Part shown: one piece after another, positions 27,066 through 36,269 of the stretch
Layout of the letters: each line of letters opens with the position of its first letter
How positions within the stretch are numbered: position 1 is the stretch's first letter
Source: Candidatus Zixiibacteriota bacterium
GTDB taxonomy: Bacteria; Zixibacteria; MSB-5A5; GN15; FEB-12
Reading direction: 5' to 3'
NCBI GenBank assembly: GCA_028289585.1
Contig: JANQPI010000029.1
Location: 12,169 to 76,168 of the forward strand
Length of the DNA stretch: 64,000 nt
The notes under the pieces: model-generated
What the model was told of the DNA's origin: nothing
Database searches by the model: none
What the model saw: only the letters and a program-made list of their open reading frames with translations
Program-made: the position numbers and the translations under genes

Positions 27066-30000
27066 ATGGGTACCCGGAGACTCTCTGCTCTCTTGGTAAC
27101 GGTCCTATGTGCTGGACTTCTGGGTATTCTGGCGCCAATTGCACAGGCGTCGACGGGAACAATCAAGGGGAAGTTAACCAACGAGGATGGTGAGCCGGTT
27201 GTCGGCGCGTCGGTCTTGGTGGTGGGGACCACGCGTGGTGCCGTAACCGACCTCGACGGAAACTACACCATTCGTAACCTGGAACCGGGTCGTGTCACGC
27301 TGCGCATTACCAGCCTTGAATATGCGACGGTTGAGATCACGGATGTTCTTGTCCGACTCGATATCACAACCGAGCAGAACCAGGTGTTGGAGCGGACAGC
27401 CCTCGAAACGGGTGAGGTTATCACCGTCGAGGGGACTCAGGAAATTATCGACAAGTTCAATGTCGCCAACCAGGTCTCCATTGGTGCCGAAGAGATTCAG
27501 CACCGCCCGGTCCAGACGGTTGACAACATTCTTCAGTCGGTTGCCGGTGTTCAGACAACCAACACGGGTGAGATTTTCATTCGCGGTGGTCGCGCCGGAG
27601 AGGTGGCGTTCATCGTCGACGGTGTTCCGATCTCCGATCCCCTTGGTGGACTCGGTTCGGCGGGGGCGAGCCTTAACCTGACCGCCGGCTCGATCCAGGA
27701 GATTCAGGTCATCAAGGGCGGTTTCGATCCCGAGTTTGGTAACGCCCTTTCGGGTATCGTCAACATCCGGTCCAACTTCGGAAACAAAGACAACACCCAA
27801 CTTTCGATTCAGTACATTACCGATGACCTCGGCAATACCGATCTGAACAAGTACAGCCGCAATCAGGACTTCCTGACACTCACGCTGTCGGGTCCCGATC
27901 CAATTCTCAGCAGCCGCATACTTCCCGCGCTCGGTCTCAAGTTCCTTGAGGGGCGCGAGTTTACGTACTACCTGTATGCCGAAGTGGACAAGAACGACGG
28001 CATCTACCAGTACAACGACTTCACCTCGCCGACGACGCGCTTTGAGCGCCGTGACTTCTCGCTCTTCGGCGTTGGCGTTCCGGAGCGTCTCTTCAATCGC
28101 TACAACATTCAGACGAACTTCCGGTTCCGGCCTCGCCAGAACCTCCAGTTCCGACTCTCCTATAAGCTGTGGGATACGCGCAACACGGCGTTTGGGCGGT
28201 TTGATTGGGAATATCGCTATACCCCGAACACTGCGCAGGTGCAGGAACGTGTTCAGCAGTCGTTGTCGTTCGAAGTTGTCCATGCGGTCGACAAGAACAC
28301 GACGTATGAAGTTCTCCTGTCATACCTTCAGACCGATATCACGCAGAAGCCGGGCGATCCGAACAACCCCGGCCGTGGTCTCGATCCGGACCAGATCCCG
28401 AGTCAGGGTGAATGGGAGCGTTTTAACGACGTCAACGGCAATGGTATCTACGATCCGCCGGAGCCGATCATTAACCTGTTCCCCGATACGGCGCTCTACG
28501 GCACCGACTACAGCGGCCCGGGCTATACGTTTGGCGAGAATCTCTTCCTCGACAATGTCCAGGGTGGCGGCGGTGGTTCGTTTGCCAACTTCCGTTTCAA
28601 CAACAATGGTGTCGTTGACTCGCTCGAGGGTGAGGCCTTTGTCGATCTCAACGGAAACGGTGTGTGGGACGCTGGTGACTTCCTGGTCGACAAGAACGGG
28701 AATGGTCTCTACGACCTTGATCTTCGCGAGCGGGTCTTCACGCCCCGCGCGGAACCGTTCATCGATGGCGACTCAATCATTGGTGAGCCGTTCACCGATT
28801 TGAACGGCAACGGTGTTTACGACGAGGGAATCGACGGCTTCGTAATATCCTTTGGAGCTGACAACCAGGATCTCAACCGCGACGGTATCTACAACGGTCC
28901 GAATCAGATCTGGTCACCCGGCGTTCCGTTCTTCGATCGTAATGGTAACGGTCTCTACGATCCGCCGAACTTCACGTACGATCCGGGCGAGCAGTTCACC
29001 GACGTTAACGGCAACGGCGTCTATGACCGAGGTGGTAGTTCCGACTTCCTGCTTCCCAATACGTATGCCGACGACATCATCTGGCTCGACCAGCAGGTCC
29101 GGACACTTCGGGCCGAGTTCAAGGCGACTCGTCTGGCCGGTAATCACGAGCTGAAGGTCGGTGGCTTCATCCAGCGCGATGATTTCTCGTTCGGACTTAT
29201 CGATCGGCCGTACATTAACTACAGTGGCCGTCCCGATGGTGGTGCGTTCCCCGATCGTGGTGCCTTCCGCGACTTCTATTCGTATGACCCGTGGCAGGGC
29301 GCTCTGTACTTCCGCGATAAGCTGGAGTACGGTTCGATGATCGCGTCGCTCGGTATTCGCTGGGACTTCTTCCTACAGGACGTCAACGATCTGGCGAGCA
29401 CGTTCCGCGACGATGACCAGGGTGGCTTGCTGCTTGGTGATCGCCAGAAGGTCTCGCCGCGTATCGGCTTTTCCTATCCGATTTCCGATAAGGCAAAAGT
29501 CTATTTCAACTACGGTCATTTCTACCAGCTTCCGACGTTCGGACGCTTCTACGCTCGCAATACGTCGTCCGCTAACCAGAACGACGTTCTTGGTAATCCG
29601 AACCTCGACTACCAGAAGACGATTCAGTACGCGTTTGGTGTTCGCTACGCGGTTACCGAGAACTACGCCCTCGACATTCAGGGCTACTTCAAGGACGAGT
29701 TCGACAAGATCAATCAGACCTCTGAACTGCGCGGATCGATTCGCCGAAACGTTTACACTAACTCTGACTACGGTCGTAGCCGCGGCATCGAGTTGACGCT
29801 CGAACGGCGGGGGAGTGGTTACGTAAACGGTGAAATCAGTTACACCTATCAGTTCGCCTTTGGTAAGGCCTCCGAAGCTGCCGAGGCGTTCCTTGATCAG
29901 GGTGAGCTTGATCGCCAGCCGCTCGACGAGGCACCGCTCGACAATGATGTTCGGCACTCGCTCAAATCGTCGATCATCTTCTTCATCCCGTCGACCGTCA

Positions 30001-30404
30001 AGCCGCGACTGTTCGGTATTCCGATCCCGAATGGCTGGACGTTGAACATCACCTCGATCCTTGAGTCAGGGGCACCGTTTACGCCGGCAACGAACTTCCC
30101 GAACCTGAGTCAGTCGGGTGTGACCGATCCGCAGCGTAACTCATTGCGGTATCCAAGCACGGCGTTCTTTGACGTTCGCTTCGCGAAGGAATTCGAGATC
30201 GAGGGCCTCGACTTCGAGGCAATCCTCTGGGTCGAGAACATTTTCGACAATCGCAACGTCGAGTTTGTCTATTCAGCGACCGGTCGTCCCGATACTCGGC
30301 AGAACCGTAACGGTGTCGTGCTGGAGGGGACGCCGTTCGATGTCAACCCGTACAACTATGATGAGGGTCGCCAGGTTCGCCTCGGCCTGCAGCTGAATCT
30401 GTAA
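27066..30404 (+). CDS. TonB-dependent receptor with an N-terminal carboxypeptidase-regulatory-like domain and a Ca-binding repeat insert
   Basis: Likely ATG at 27066 after GAGGAGG. Signal peptide, G.VTDLDGNY.I, plug motifs (IRGGRAGEV...VDGV, GGFDPEFGNALSG), PDLxxQKT-like NPNLDYQKT and C-terminal GRQVRLGLQLNL. Confidence 0.9.
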   Translation: MGTRRLSALLVTVLCAGLLGILAPIAQASTGTIKGKLTNEDGEPVVGASVLVVGTTRGAVTDLDGNYTIRNLEPGRVTLRITSLEYATVEITDVLVRLDITTEQNQVLERTALETGEVITVEGTQEIIDKFNVANQVSIGAEEIQHRPVQTVDNILQSVAGVQTTNTGEIFIRGGRAGEVAFIVDGVPISDPLGGLGSAGASLNLTAGSIQEIQVIKGGFDPEFGNALSGIVNIRSNFGNKDNTQLSIQYITDDLGNTDLNKYSRNQDFLTLTLSGPDPILSSRILPALGLKFLEGREFTYYLYAEVDKNDGIYQYNDFTSPTTRFERRDFSLFGVGVPERLFNRYNIQTNFRFRPRQNLQFRLSYKLWDTRNTAFGRFDWEYRYTPNTAQVQERVQQSLSFEVVHAVDKNTTYEVLLSYLQTDITQKPGDPNNPGRGLDPDQIPSQGEWERFNDVNGNGIYDPPEPIINLFPDTALYGTDYSGPGYTFGENLFLDNVQGGGGGSFANFRFNNNGVVDSLEGEAFVDLNGNGVWDAGDFLVDKNGNGLYDLDLRERVFTPRAEPFIDGDSIIGEPFTDLNGNGVYDEGIDGFVISFGADNQDLNRDGIYNGPNQIWSPGVPFFDRNGNGLYDPPNFTYDPGEQFTDVNGNGVYDRGGSSDFLLPNTYADDIIWLDQQVRTLRAEFKATRLAGNHELKVGGFIQRDDFSFGLIDRPYINYSGRPDGGAFPDRGAFRDFYSYDPWQGALYFRDKLEYGSMIASLGIRWDFFLQDVNDLASTFRDDDQGGLLLGDRQKVSPRIGFSYPISDKAKVYFNYGHFYQLPTFGRFYARNTSSANQNDVLGNPNLDYQKTIQYAFGVRYAVTENYALDIQGYFKDEFDKINQTSELRGSIRRNVYTNSDYGRSRGIELTLERRGSGYVNGEISYTYQFAFGKASEAAEAFLDQGELDRQPLDEAPLDNDVRHSLKSSIIFFIPSTVKPRLFGIPIPNGWTLNITSILESGAPFTPATNFPNLSQSGVTDPQRNSLRYPSTAFFDVRFAKEFEIEGLDFEAILWVENIFDNRNVEFVYSATGRPDTRQNRNGVVLEGTPFDVNPYNYDEGRQVRLGLQLNL
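28428..29027 (+). repeat. Seven DxNGNGx(Y/W)D-type protein repeats in the receptor
   Basis: DVNGNGIYD, DLNGNGVWD, DKNGNGLYD, DLNGNGVYD, DLNRDGIYN, DRNGNGLYD and DVNGNGVYD. Confidence 0.85.
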
Positions 30405-30436
30405 TGAGCATGAACCACACAGGTGGAAGTCGCGAT

Positions 30437-31411
30437 ATGAATCGTATTTCTCGCACCCTCAAACGCTCCGGAGCGACGTGGTTGCTACGCGGAGCCGCCA
30501 CAGCCCTTGTTATTGGCTTGCTCCTGCCGAGTTCCGGATTCGGACAGGCAAAAGTTGGCACCACCGGAGCGCAGTTTCTGGAGATCGGTGTCTCGGCGCG
30601 GGCGATGGGAATGGCTGAGGCCTTCACGGCGACGGTTGATGACGTCTCCGCCGTCTATTACAACCCGGCCGCGTTGTCGTATCTCTTTGGTCGTGAGGTC
30701 ATGGCCACGTATGTGAGCCTTCCCGCCGATATCAATTACGGCTTTGCTGCTTTCGGCTTGCCGCTCGAATCGGTCGGCGGTGTTCTCGGTGTGGCGGCAT
30801 ATGCGTTGTCGACCGGTGACATAGTCGAACGAACCTACGAACGACCCCTTGGTACTGGACGAACGTTCTCGGCGAATGACTTTGCGTTCGCGGTTAGCTA
30901 CGGCCGCTACCTGACCGACCGTTTTTCGGTTGGTTTCACCGTCCGGTTCATCCAGCAAATCGCTCACGACTATAGCACATCGGGGTGGTCGGCCGATGTC
31001 GGTACGCTGTATGATACCGGTTTCCGCGGCTTCAAGCTCGCGATGTCGATCTCCAACTTTGGCCCCGACTTGCAGTTCATCGACGAGGACTACCCGATTC
31101 CGATTAACTTCAAATTCGGCGGTTCGATTAACGTTGTCGAGGCGACTGACCACCTGGTCACGTTTGCGGCCGAGGGCTCGCACCCGGCCGATAACCTTGA
31201 GAAGTACAACGCCGGCCTCGAATATACCTTCAACGATCGTTATATCCTGCGCGCCGGCAGCCGGTTCAACTATGATGTCGACGGCCTCACGTTCGGTGGT
31301 GGCCTCCGCCTCCCGTTCGGTGAAGAAGGACAGATCGCTGTTGATTACGCTTACCAGGATTTCGGCATTCTCACCGAGGTGCATCGATTTAGCTTGGGTC
31401 TCGCCTTTTAG
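30437..31411 (+). CDS. PorV/PorQ family outer-membrane protein
   Basis: GTTGAQFLEIGVSARAMGM, A.YYNPA.L and FadL-like barrel ending HRFSLGLAF. Likely start at 30437; the alternative at 30404 overlaps the upstream stop. Confidence 0.88.
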   Translation: MNRISRTLKRSGATWLLRGAATALVIGLLLPSSGFGQAKVGTTGAQFLEIGVSARAMGMAEAFTATVDDVSAVYYNPAALSYLFGREVMATYVSLPADINYGFAAFGLPLESVGGVLGVAAYALSTGDIVERTYERPLGTGRTFSANDFAFAVSYGRYLTDRFSVGFTVRFIQQIAHDYSTSGWSADVGTLYDTGFRGFKLAMSISNFGPDLQFIDEDYPIPINFKFGGSINVVEATDHLVTFAAEGSHPADNLEKYNAGLEYTFNDRYILRAGSRFNYDVDGLTFGGGLRLPFGEEGQIAVDYAYQDFGILTEVHRFSLGLAF

Positions 31412-31435
31412 GGTACGAATCCGAGAGATAAGGAC

Positions 31436-33781
31436 ATGAAGACAAACATGACATCAACGATTCGTCGCACAACAGTTGCCGCCACCGGAGCCGTTGTAGC
31501 TTGTGCCCTGGCGGTCTTCTCAGGTTGTTCTGATCGACTCGCCGGTACGCCGGTTGCCAATCAGCCTCCGGTCGTTGAATTCGTGAACATTCCACCGGAA
31601 AACTCGACGTTCTCAACGAATCCGATTCTCTTCTGGATCGGCCGGGATGTCGACGGTCAGGTGACCGCGTACCGCTACACGGTCGTTTTGGAAGATGAGA
31701 TCGCCGATTCCCTCGGCACGACCGCACCGCTCGACTCTATGCAGGTGGCTAGTTTCGTCACTACGTTCCTGCCGTCGCGATCGGATACGGCGTGGACGGT
31801 TCTTGAGGTCGATCTGCAGCAGTCGCAGGATCCGAGTCCGAAGACCGAGGATATCGTCCAGCTTCAGGCTGAGCTGAGCGATCCGGTAAACACATTCGTG
31901 GCTCAATATGTCTTCCTGCAGTGCTTTGATGACCAGGGAGCGGAGTCAGCGGTGGTCTGGCGCCGCTTGTTGCGTAACGACAACCCGCCGGAAACCGCGT
32001 TGATTGGCTACGACGCGAACATGCCGCCGACGTTCATTAATTCGGTGCTGCCGTTCGGTATCACTGGCGCCAAGTTCACCTGGTCGGGTAGCGACGTGAT
32101 TGACTATCCGTCTGACCCGCCGCCGTTCGAGTTCGAATGGCGGGTGTATGGTCCGTACGCGTTCAATAGCACGGACAACGCTCTCAATGACACGATCTTT
32201 GAGCGTATCCTCGATCAGTTCGTGAAACCGGTCTTCCGTACCTTTGACGGCAGCCTGTTCGTCCTGGGCAATGGCGAGACCTACTCTCGCTTCGATTCGA
32301 TTCCGAACGACACCGGATTCCAGGTCGACAGTCTCATTGTTTTCGTCGACACCCTGAATCCCGACTCAAGCTATGCCTTTGGGTCGTTTGACGTCCTGCT
32401 TGATGTCGACGATCCCGCGTTTGTCAGCGATCCGGAAGTCAACAAACTCGCCGCGCAGTCGACCGATGGTGTCGATGAATGGGTCTTCGATACGCGTGAC
32501 TCCATTTACAATCTGTTCTCTGAGGCTCCGGCCGACACGACGCAATCGGCGCAGTTCTTCTTCTGGATTCGGTCTCGGGATGATGCTCTTGTCCCTGACT
32601 TGACGCCCGCATTTGGCAGTTTCACCTCGGTCGATCCGAAGTATGAACGTGATATCGGTATCGTGAACACCAACTTCCCGGCGTTCAATAACCGACCCAA
32701 TGATGACTCACTGAGCGCTTTCTGGGAGCGCACCCTGAATCAGTTCTATACAGATAACTATCCGGGTGCGGGGCTTGCCTATGATCCCGACCGTGATTTC
32801 ATCGGACGGAATTCGAGTTCTTTCGCGTTGACAACGCGTATTGCGCTGTCGTTTAAGACGCTTGTTCTCGTTGATGACGAAGTAACATCCGGATTCCTGC
32901 GCGGCTTTGGCAACCAGGTACCGGTGACCACGGCCCTACAGTCAGGTGTAAACGTCTGGTACATTGGACGAGCACCGCTGGGTATTTCAAACCAGCAGAC
33001 GGCACCGCAGCAGGCAATTTTCTATGATCTGCTTTTCCCCGGATTCAACTTCTTCTTCGGTGGTATCCGAACGAACTATTCGGGATGGATGTATCTCAGC
33101 TTCTTTGGCTTTGATGGTCGCGGATTGCAGCGTGCACGTGTCGACCAGTTTGTCGGAGCGGTACCTGCCGATCCGAACTCAGCCTTCCCCGAACTGAATG
33201 TCGATATCAACGCTTTGCGGCCGAATATCGATACCGATCCGCCCTACGACCCGGTCGGTGGGGCTGATGTCGGTGTGTATCGTTATGCCACTCCCGCTCA
33301 GTTCCTTCGTCCGGTTGACATTGATCCGGAAAACGATACGATTGCCGTTGGCCTGGCGCTTCCCGAAGTCAATTGGTCGCAGGTGAACAGCTCGTTCTCA
33401 GAGGTGCTCTACCTCTATCGCTCCTACTTTGGTGCCAACCCGCCGTGGGGGAGCACGTTCAACTTCCAGGCGCGCCCAGTCGCCTGGCGGACGAATCGTG
33501 GTTTCTTCCGCACCGCGTTCTCGCACTTCTCGCCGATTGCCATGGAACAACCCGAAGCTCAGGAATTCGCTAACCTGTTGCTCCTCTGGCTCTATGGACC
33601 GCAGGCTCAGTTGTCACCTGGACAGCCGAAGCCGCACGATCCGACCGCGAAAGTGCCAGCGACACAGGATGAGCTGCGTGAGATGTTCTTCGATCGCATT
33701 GAGAGCGAGGGTAAGGGTATCCAGCATCTGTATCAGCTTGATAACGAGGGTAACGCCTGGCGTCTTGACGATCGTCGTTAG
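31436..33781 (+). CDS. Large lipoprotein of unknown function (Ig/FnIII-like N-terminal modules)
   Basis: Lipobox FSG-C, repeated NQPP/NPPET...F.WSG.D.D modules; third gene of the receptor-PorV operon. Confidence 0.75.
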   Translation: MKTNMTSTIRRTTVAATGAVVACALAVFSGCSDRLAGTPVANQPPVVEFVNIPPENSTFSTNPILFWIGRDVDGQVTAYRYTVVLEDEIADSLGTTAPLDSMQVASFVTTFLPSRSDTAWTVLEVDLQQSQDPSPKTEDIVQLQAELSDPVNTFVAQYVFLQCFDDQGAESAVVWRRLLRNDNPPETALIGYDANMPPTFINSVLPFGITGAKFTWSGSDVIDYPSDPPPFEFEWRVYGPYAFNSTDNALNDTIFERILDQFVKPVFRTFDGSLFVLGNGETYSRFDSIPNDTGFQVDSLIVFVDTLNPDSSYAFGSFDVLLDVDDPAFVSDPEVNKLAAQSTDGVDEWVFDTRDSIYNLFSEAPADTTQSAQFFFWIRSRDDALVPDLTPAFGSFTSVDPKYERDIGIVNTNFPAFNNRPNDDSLSAFWERTLNQFYTDNYPGAGLAYDPDRDFIGRNSSSFALTTRIALSFKTLVLVDDEVTSGFLRGFGNQVPVTTALQSGVNVWYIGRAPLGISNQQTAPQQAIFYDLLFPGFNFFFGGIRTNYSGWMYLSFFGFDGRGLQRARVDQFVGAVPADPNSAFPELNVDINALRPNIDTDPPYDPVGGADVGVYRYATPAQFLRPVDIDPENDTIAVGLALPEVNWSQVNSSFSEVLYLYRSYFGANPPWGSTFNFQARPVAWRTNRGFFRTAFSHFSPIAMEQPEAQEFANLLLLWLYGPQAQLSPGQPKPHDPTAKVPATQDELREMFFDRIESEGKGIQHLYQLDNEGNAWRLDDRR

Positions 33782-33810
33782 CCAGCCGTTTGATCGTGAC
33801 TTGAAATGGT

Positions 33811-33845
33811 GCGCCGAGTCGACTCCGACTCGGCGCTTTCTTGTA
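33811..33845 (+). terminator. Intrinsic terminator, probably shared by the convergent genes
   Basis: 11-bp stem GCGCCGAGTCG-ACTC-CGACTCGGCGC followed by TTTCTTGT. Confidence 0.85.
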
Positions 33846-33868
33846 TCTGTCTTTCGAAGATGATCTGC

Positions 33869-36055
33869 TTAGCGGCCGAGAAGTGGGGCGAGGCGGCGCA
33901 GTGTGGGATGCCCCGGAAAACGCTCACTGGCCATCACGAATAGAGAATCCGCGCGCCGCCGTGCCCCGGTCGTCCAGTGCCCCGAGATCAGGTTGACCCA
34001 CCCCGGTACGAATGTGGAGTCGAGTTCGACCGCCCGCGCCGCAGCCCGAGTTGCCTCGACCAGGTTACCCCGCCGTGCTTCGAGAAGTGACCGCTGCGTC
34101 GCCGCCTCTGCCTGTTGTTGACGCCAGTTGTCAAGCCAACCGAGGTAGTCAGGTCGGAAGAGTTGGTCGCTGATCTCCATCGGCCCGGGCCGACTCTCCT
34201 CTGCTCGAAGTAACCAGCGCACCGCACGTGTGGTGTCACCGAGCGTGGTCCAGACATCAGCAGCCTCGCGAGCGACGCCAATACTGCTGTCAGTACGCGA
34301 CCAGGCTAGTGCCAATAGATCAATAAGCTCACCCGTTGACGTGAGATGAAGAGGTGCCAACCGAATCGCCAGGCGTGTGGTTGTTTCGTCGTAGGGCCGC
34401 AACATGACCGCTCGTTGTGCTGCTTCGATAGCGGCACTCGTGTCACCGGTAAGGATGAGTGAACTGGCGTAGGAGGTCCAGCCGGCGGATCGATCGGGCC
34501 AGCGCTCGACTTCCGCAGCGAAGGCGGACCGGGCGCTGTCGACCAGCCCGAGACGCATCCAAGCCGCACCCAGGTTGAGGTTTACCTCCGGGCGGTCGGG
34601 GGCGAGCTCACGTGCCCGTCGAAAGGCTGACTCCGCCGCCGGATAATCGTTGGCCCGGAGGGCACGTAAACCCCGTGTGCTGGCAGCCTCGGCAGCCGCC
34701 GTGGTTGTCGGCGCTGATGGCAACGGGAGGAAATGTACAGCGAACAGGAGCACAAGCGCGCTTCCAATGCCCAGGGCTAGGCCCGTCCAGTGTCGCTCGC
34801 GAATCTGTGCCGTAATCCACCATGCGAAACCGGAAACGCCGAGCGCAAAGATCGGCAGCAGCGGCATGCGGAAGCGCGAATTGACGAAGAATAGAGCCGT
34901 GATAACGACGAAGCCGATCAGCCAGATCCCGATAGCACCTACCACCGACGACCGCCGCCAAGTCAGGACGAGCCCGATTATCCCCAGCGGGACCAGCCAG
35001 AGCGCCCGCACCGGGAGCCATGAGAGCAGCTGGAATTCCGGTAGCCACGGTTCGCCCGCCCGATTGTTGGCTAACTCGTCGGGCAGCAGATAAAAGCCGA
35101 TGCGCTTCAGGTAGCTCACAGCCCAGTTGAGTGGTTTACCACCGATCTCAATCAAACCGCGACCAAACCAGTAGCGAGAAACGGCGGCCGGCGTCAGCGC
35201 TGCACCCTCGTCGTTCTCTGCGATCCAGGCGATATCCGTCAGCTGCCAGTTGAAGCCGTACGGCTCCGGCATGATCGCCGAAGCTCCATCGGCCTCGGCG
35301 TGATTGCCGAGGTAGAAGTTGATTCCTCCCTGCGTCGCGATCGGTGTGATGTCTTCCGCAACGAGGTAGTTTCGTGTGATGACCGGACCAAGGAACAGGA
35401 GCGTTGCACCGATGATGGGGACAAGTGGTTGCCAGCGCAGGTGCGGTGTCTCACGTTGCTCCCACCAGAGGTAGAGGACTAACCAGGGTAGCCCGAGCAA
35501 GGCTGTTGGCCTCAGCAGCGCTGCCAGACACCAGATGGCTGCTGCCCAGAACACTCGGCCGGTGGTCAGCTTGGCTCCGGCCCGGATGGATAGCCAGAGT
35601 GCGGCTACCAGGGTGAGAGCGAATGGGCTCTCCGCCAGAATCTCTGATTCGTAATAGATCATCACCGGAGAGACTGCGACCAGCAGCCCGGCGAACAAGC
35701 CCGGGATAACTCCGAAGAGATGACGACCCAGGCGGCACGTTACAAGTACCGTCACGACGCCACTGGCAATGCCGAGTAGCCGAGCCGGCCATAGCCCCTC
35801 ACCAAAGAGCCATTGCCATCCGGCGAGGGCAAAAGGGTAGAGCGGCGCCCGAAAGTACGTCGTTTCACCGAGCCAGCCACCGTTCTTGATCCATACGGCC
35901 CAGTTGTACCAGTAGTGGTTATCGACTGTCAGATCATGCCAGATTGGATGCTGAGCATACTCCAGAAGATGAGTTAGGCGAAGACCGGCCGCCAGCACGG
36001 CCAGCGCGACTAGACCGGTAGTCCAACTCAACTCTTCTCGGTGAATCGGAAGCAT
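33869..36055 (-). CDS. GT-C (ArnT/PMT, GT39-like) glycosyltransferase with C-terminal TPRs
   Basis: DxxxY loop (TVDNHYWYNWA), RAPLYP, multiple TMs, RP motif, GGINFYLGN, RFRMP and TPR helices. Confidence 0.82.
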   Translation of the reverse strand: MLPIHREELSWTTGLVALAVLAAGLRLTHLLEYAQHPIWHDLTVDNHYWYNWAVWIKNGGWLGETTYFRAPLYPFALAGWQWLFGEGLWPARLLGIASGVVTVLVTCRLGRHLFGVIPGLFAGLLVAVSPVMIYYESEILAESPFALTLVAALWLSIRAGAKLTTGRVFWAAAIWCLAALLRPTALLGLPWLVLYLWWEQRETPHLRWQPLVPIIGATLLFLGPVITRNYLVAEDITPIATQGGINFYLGNHAEADGASAIMPEPYGFNWQLTDIAWIAENDEGAALTPAAVSRYWFGRGLIEIGGKPLNWAVSYLKRIGFYLLPDELANNRAGEPWLPEFQLLSWLPVRALWLVPLGIIGLVLTWRRSSVVGAIGIWLIGFVVITALFFVNSRFRMPLLPIFALGVSGFAWWITAQIRERHWTGLALGIGSALVLLFAVHFLPLPSAPTTTAAAEAASTRGLRALRANDYPAAESAFRRARELAPDRPEVNLNLGAAWMRLGLVDSARSAFAAEVERWPDRSAGWTSYASSLILTGDTSAAIEAAQRAVMLRPYDETTTRLAIRLAPLHLTSTGELIDLLALAWSRTDSSIGVAREAADVWTTLGDTTRAVRWLLRAEESRPGPMEISDQLFRPDYLGWLDNWRQQQAEAATQRSLLEARRGNLVEATRAAARAVELDSTFVPGWVNLISGHWTTGARRRADSLFVMASERFPGHPTLRRLAPLLGR

Positions 36056-36106
36056 TTCGGTATGTAACTATCCGGCTGCAATCACCCTAACGGAAATCTT
36101 GATCTA

Positions 36107-36241
36107 TGCAGCTGCCTGCACTATCCGCCCCCCGGGACGTCGCGAAAGACGCACCCCTGCAACTCTATGCACGATGTAATTTGTTGATCGACAATGAATT
36201 ACGTCGAGTATCTCGCGTTTCAGTTCGGGCACCCCCTTTGC
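36107..36241 (+). promoter_or_regulatory. Sigma54 promoter with two candidate enhancer sites and an IHF-like site
   Basis: GGCAC-CCCCT-TTGC at 36228-36241 (-24/-12). TGCA-N6-TGCA at 36107-36120 and 36158-36171. The reverse strand of 36177-36189 reads GATCAACAAATTA, versus IHF consensus WATCAANNNNTTR. Confidence 0.72.
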
Positions 36242-36269
36242 GCTAAGGCCTCGTGGAGGAAAGAAGGCT

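Noticed and set aside
27174-31384. Long antisense ORFs (27174-28283, 29373-29957, 30485-31384) and similar ones such as 55309-56475 and 61291-62214
   Set aside because: They lie in opposite-strand frames of well-supported genes, as expected from codon bias in GC-rich DNA, and show no protein motifs.
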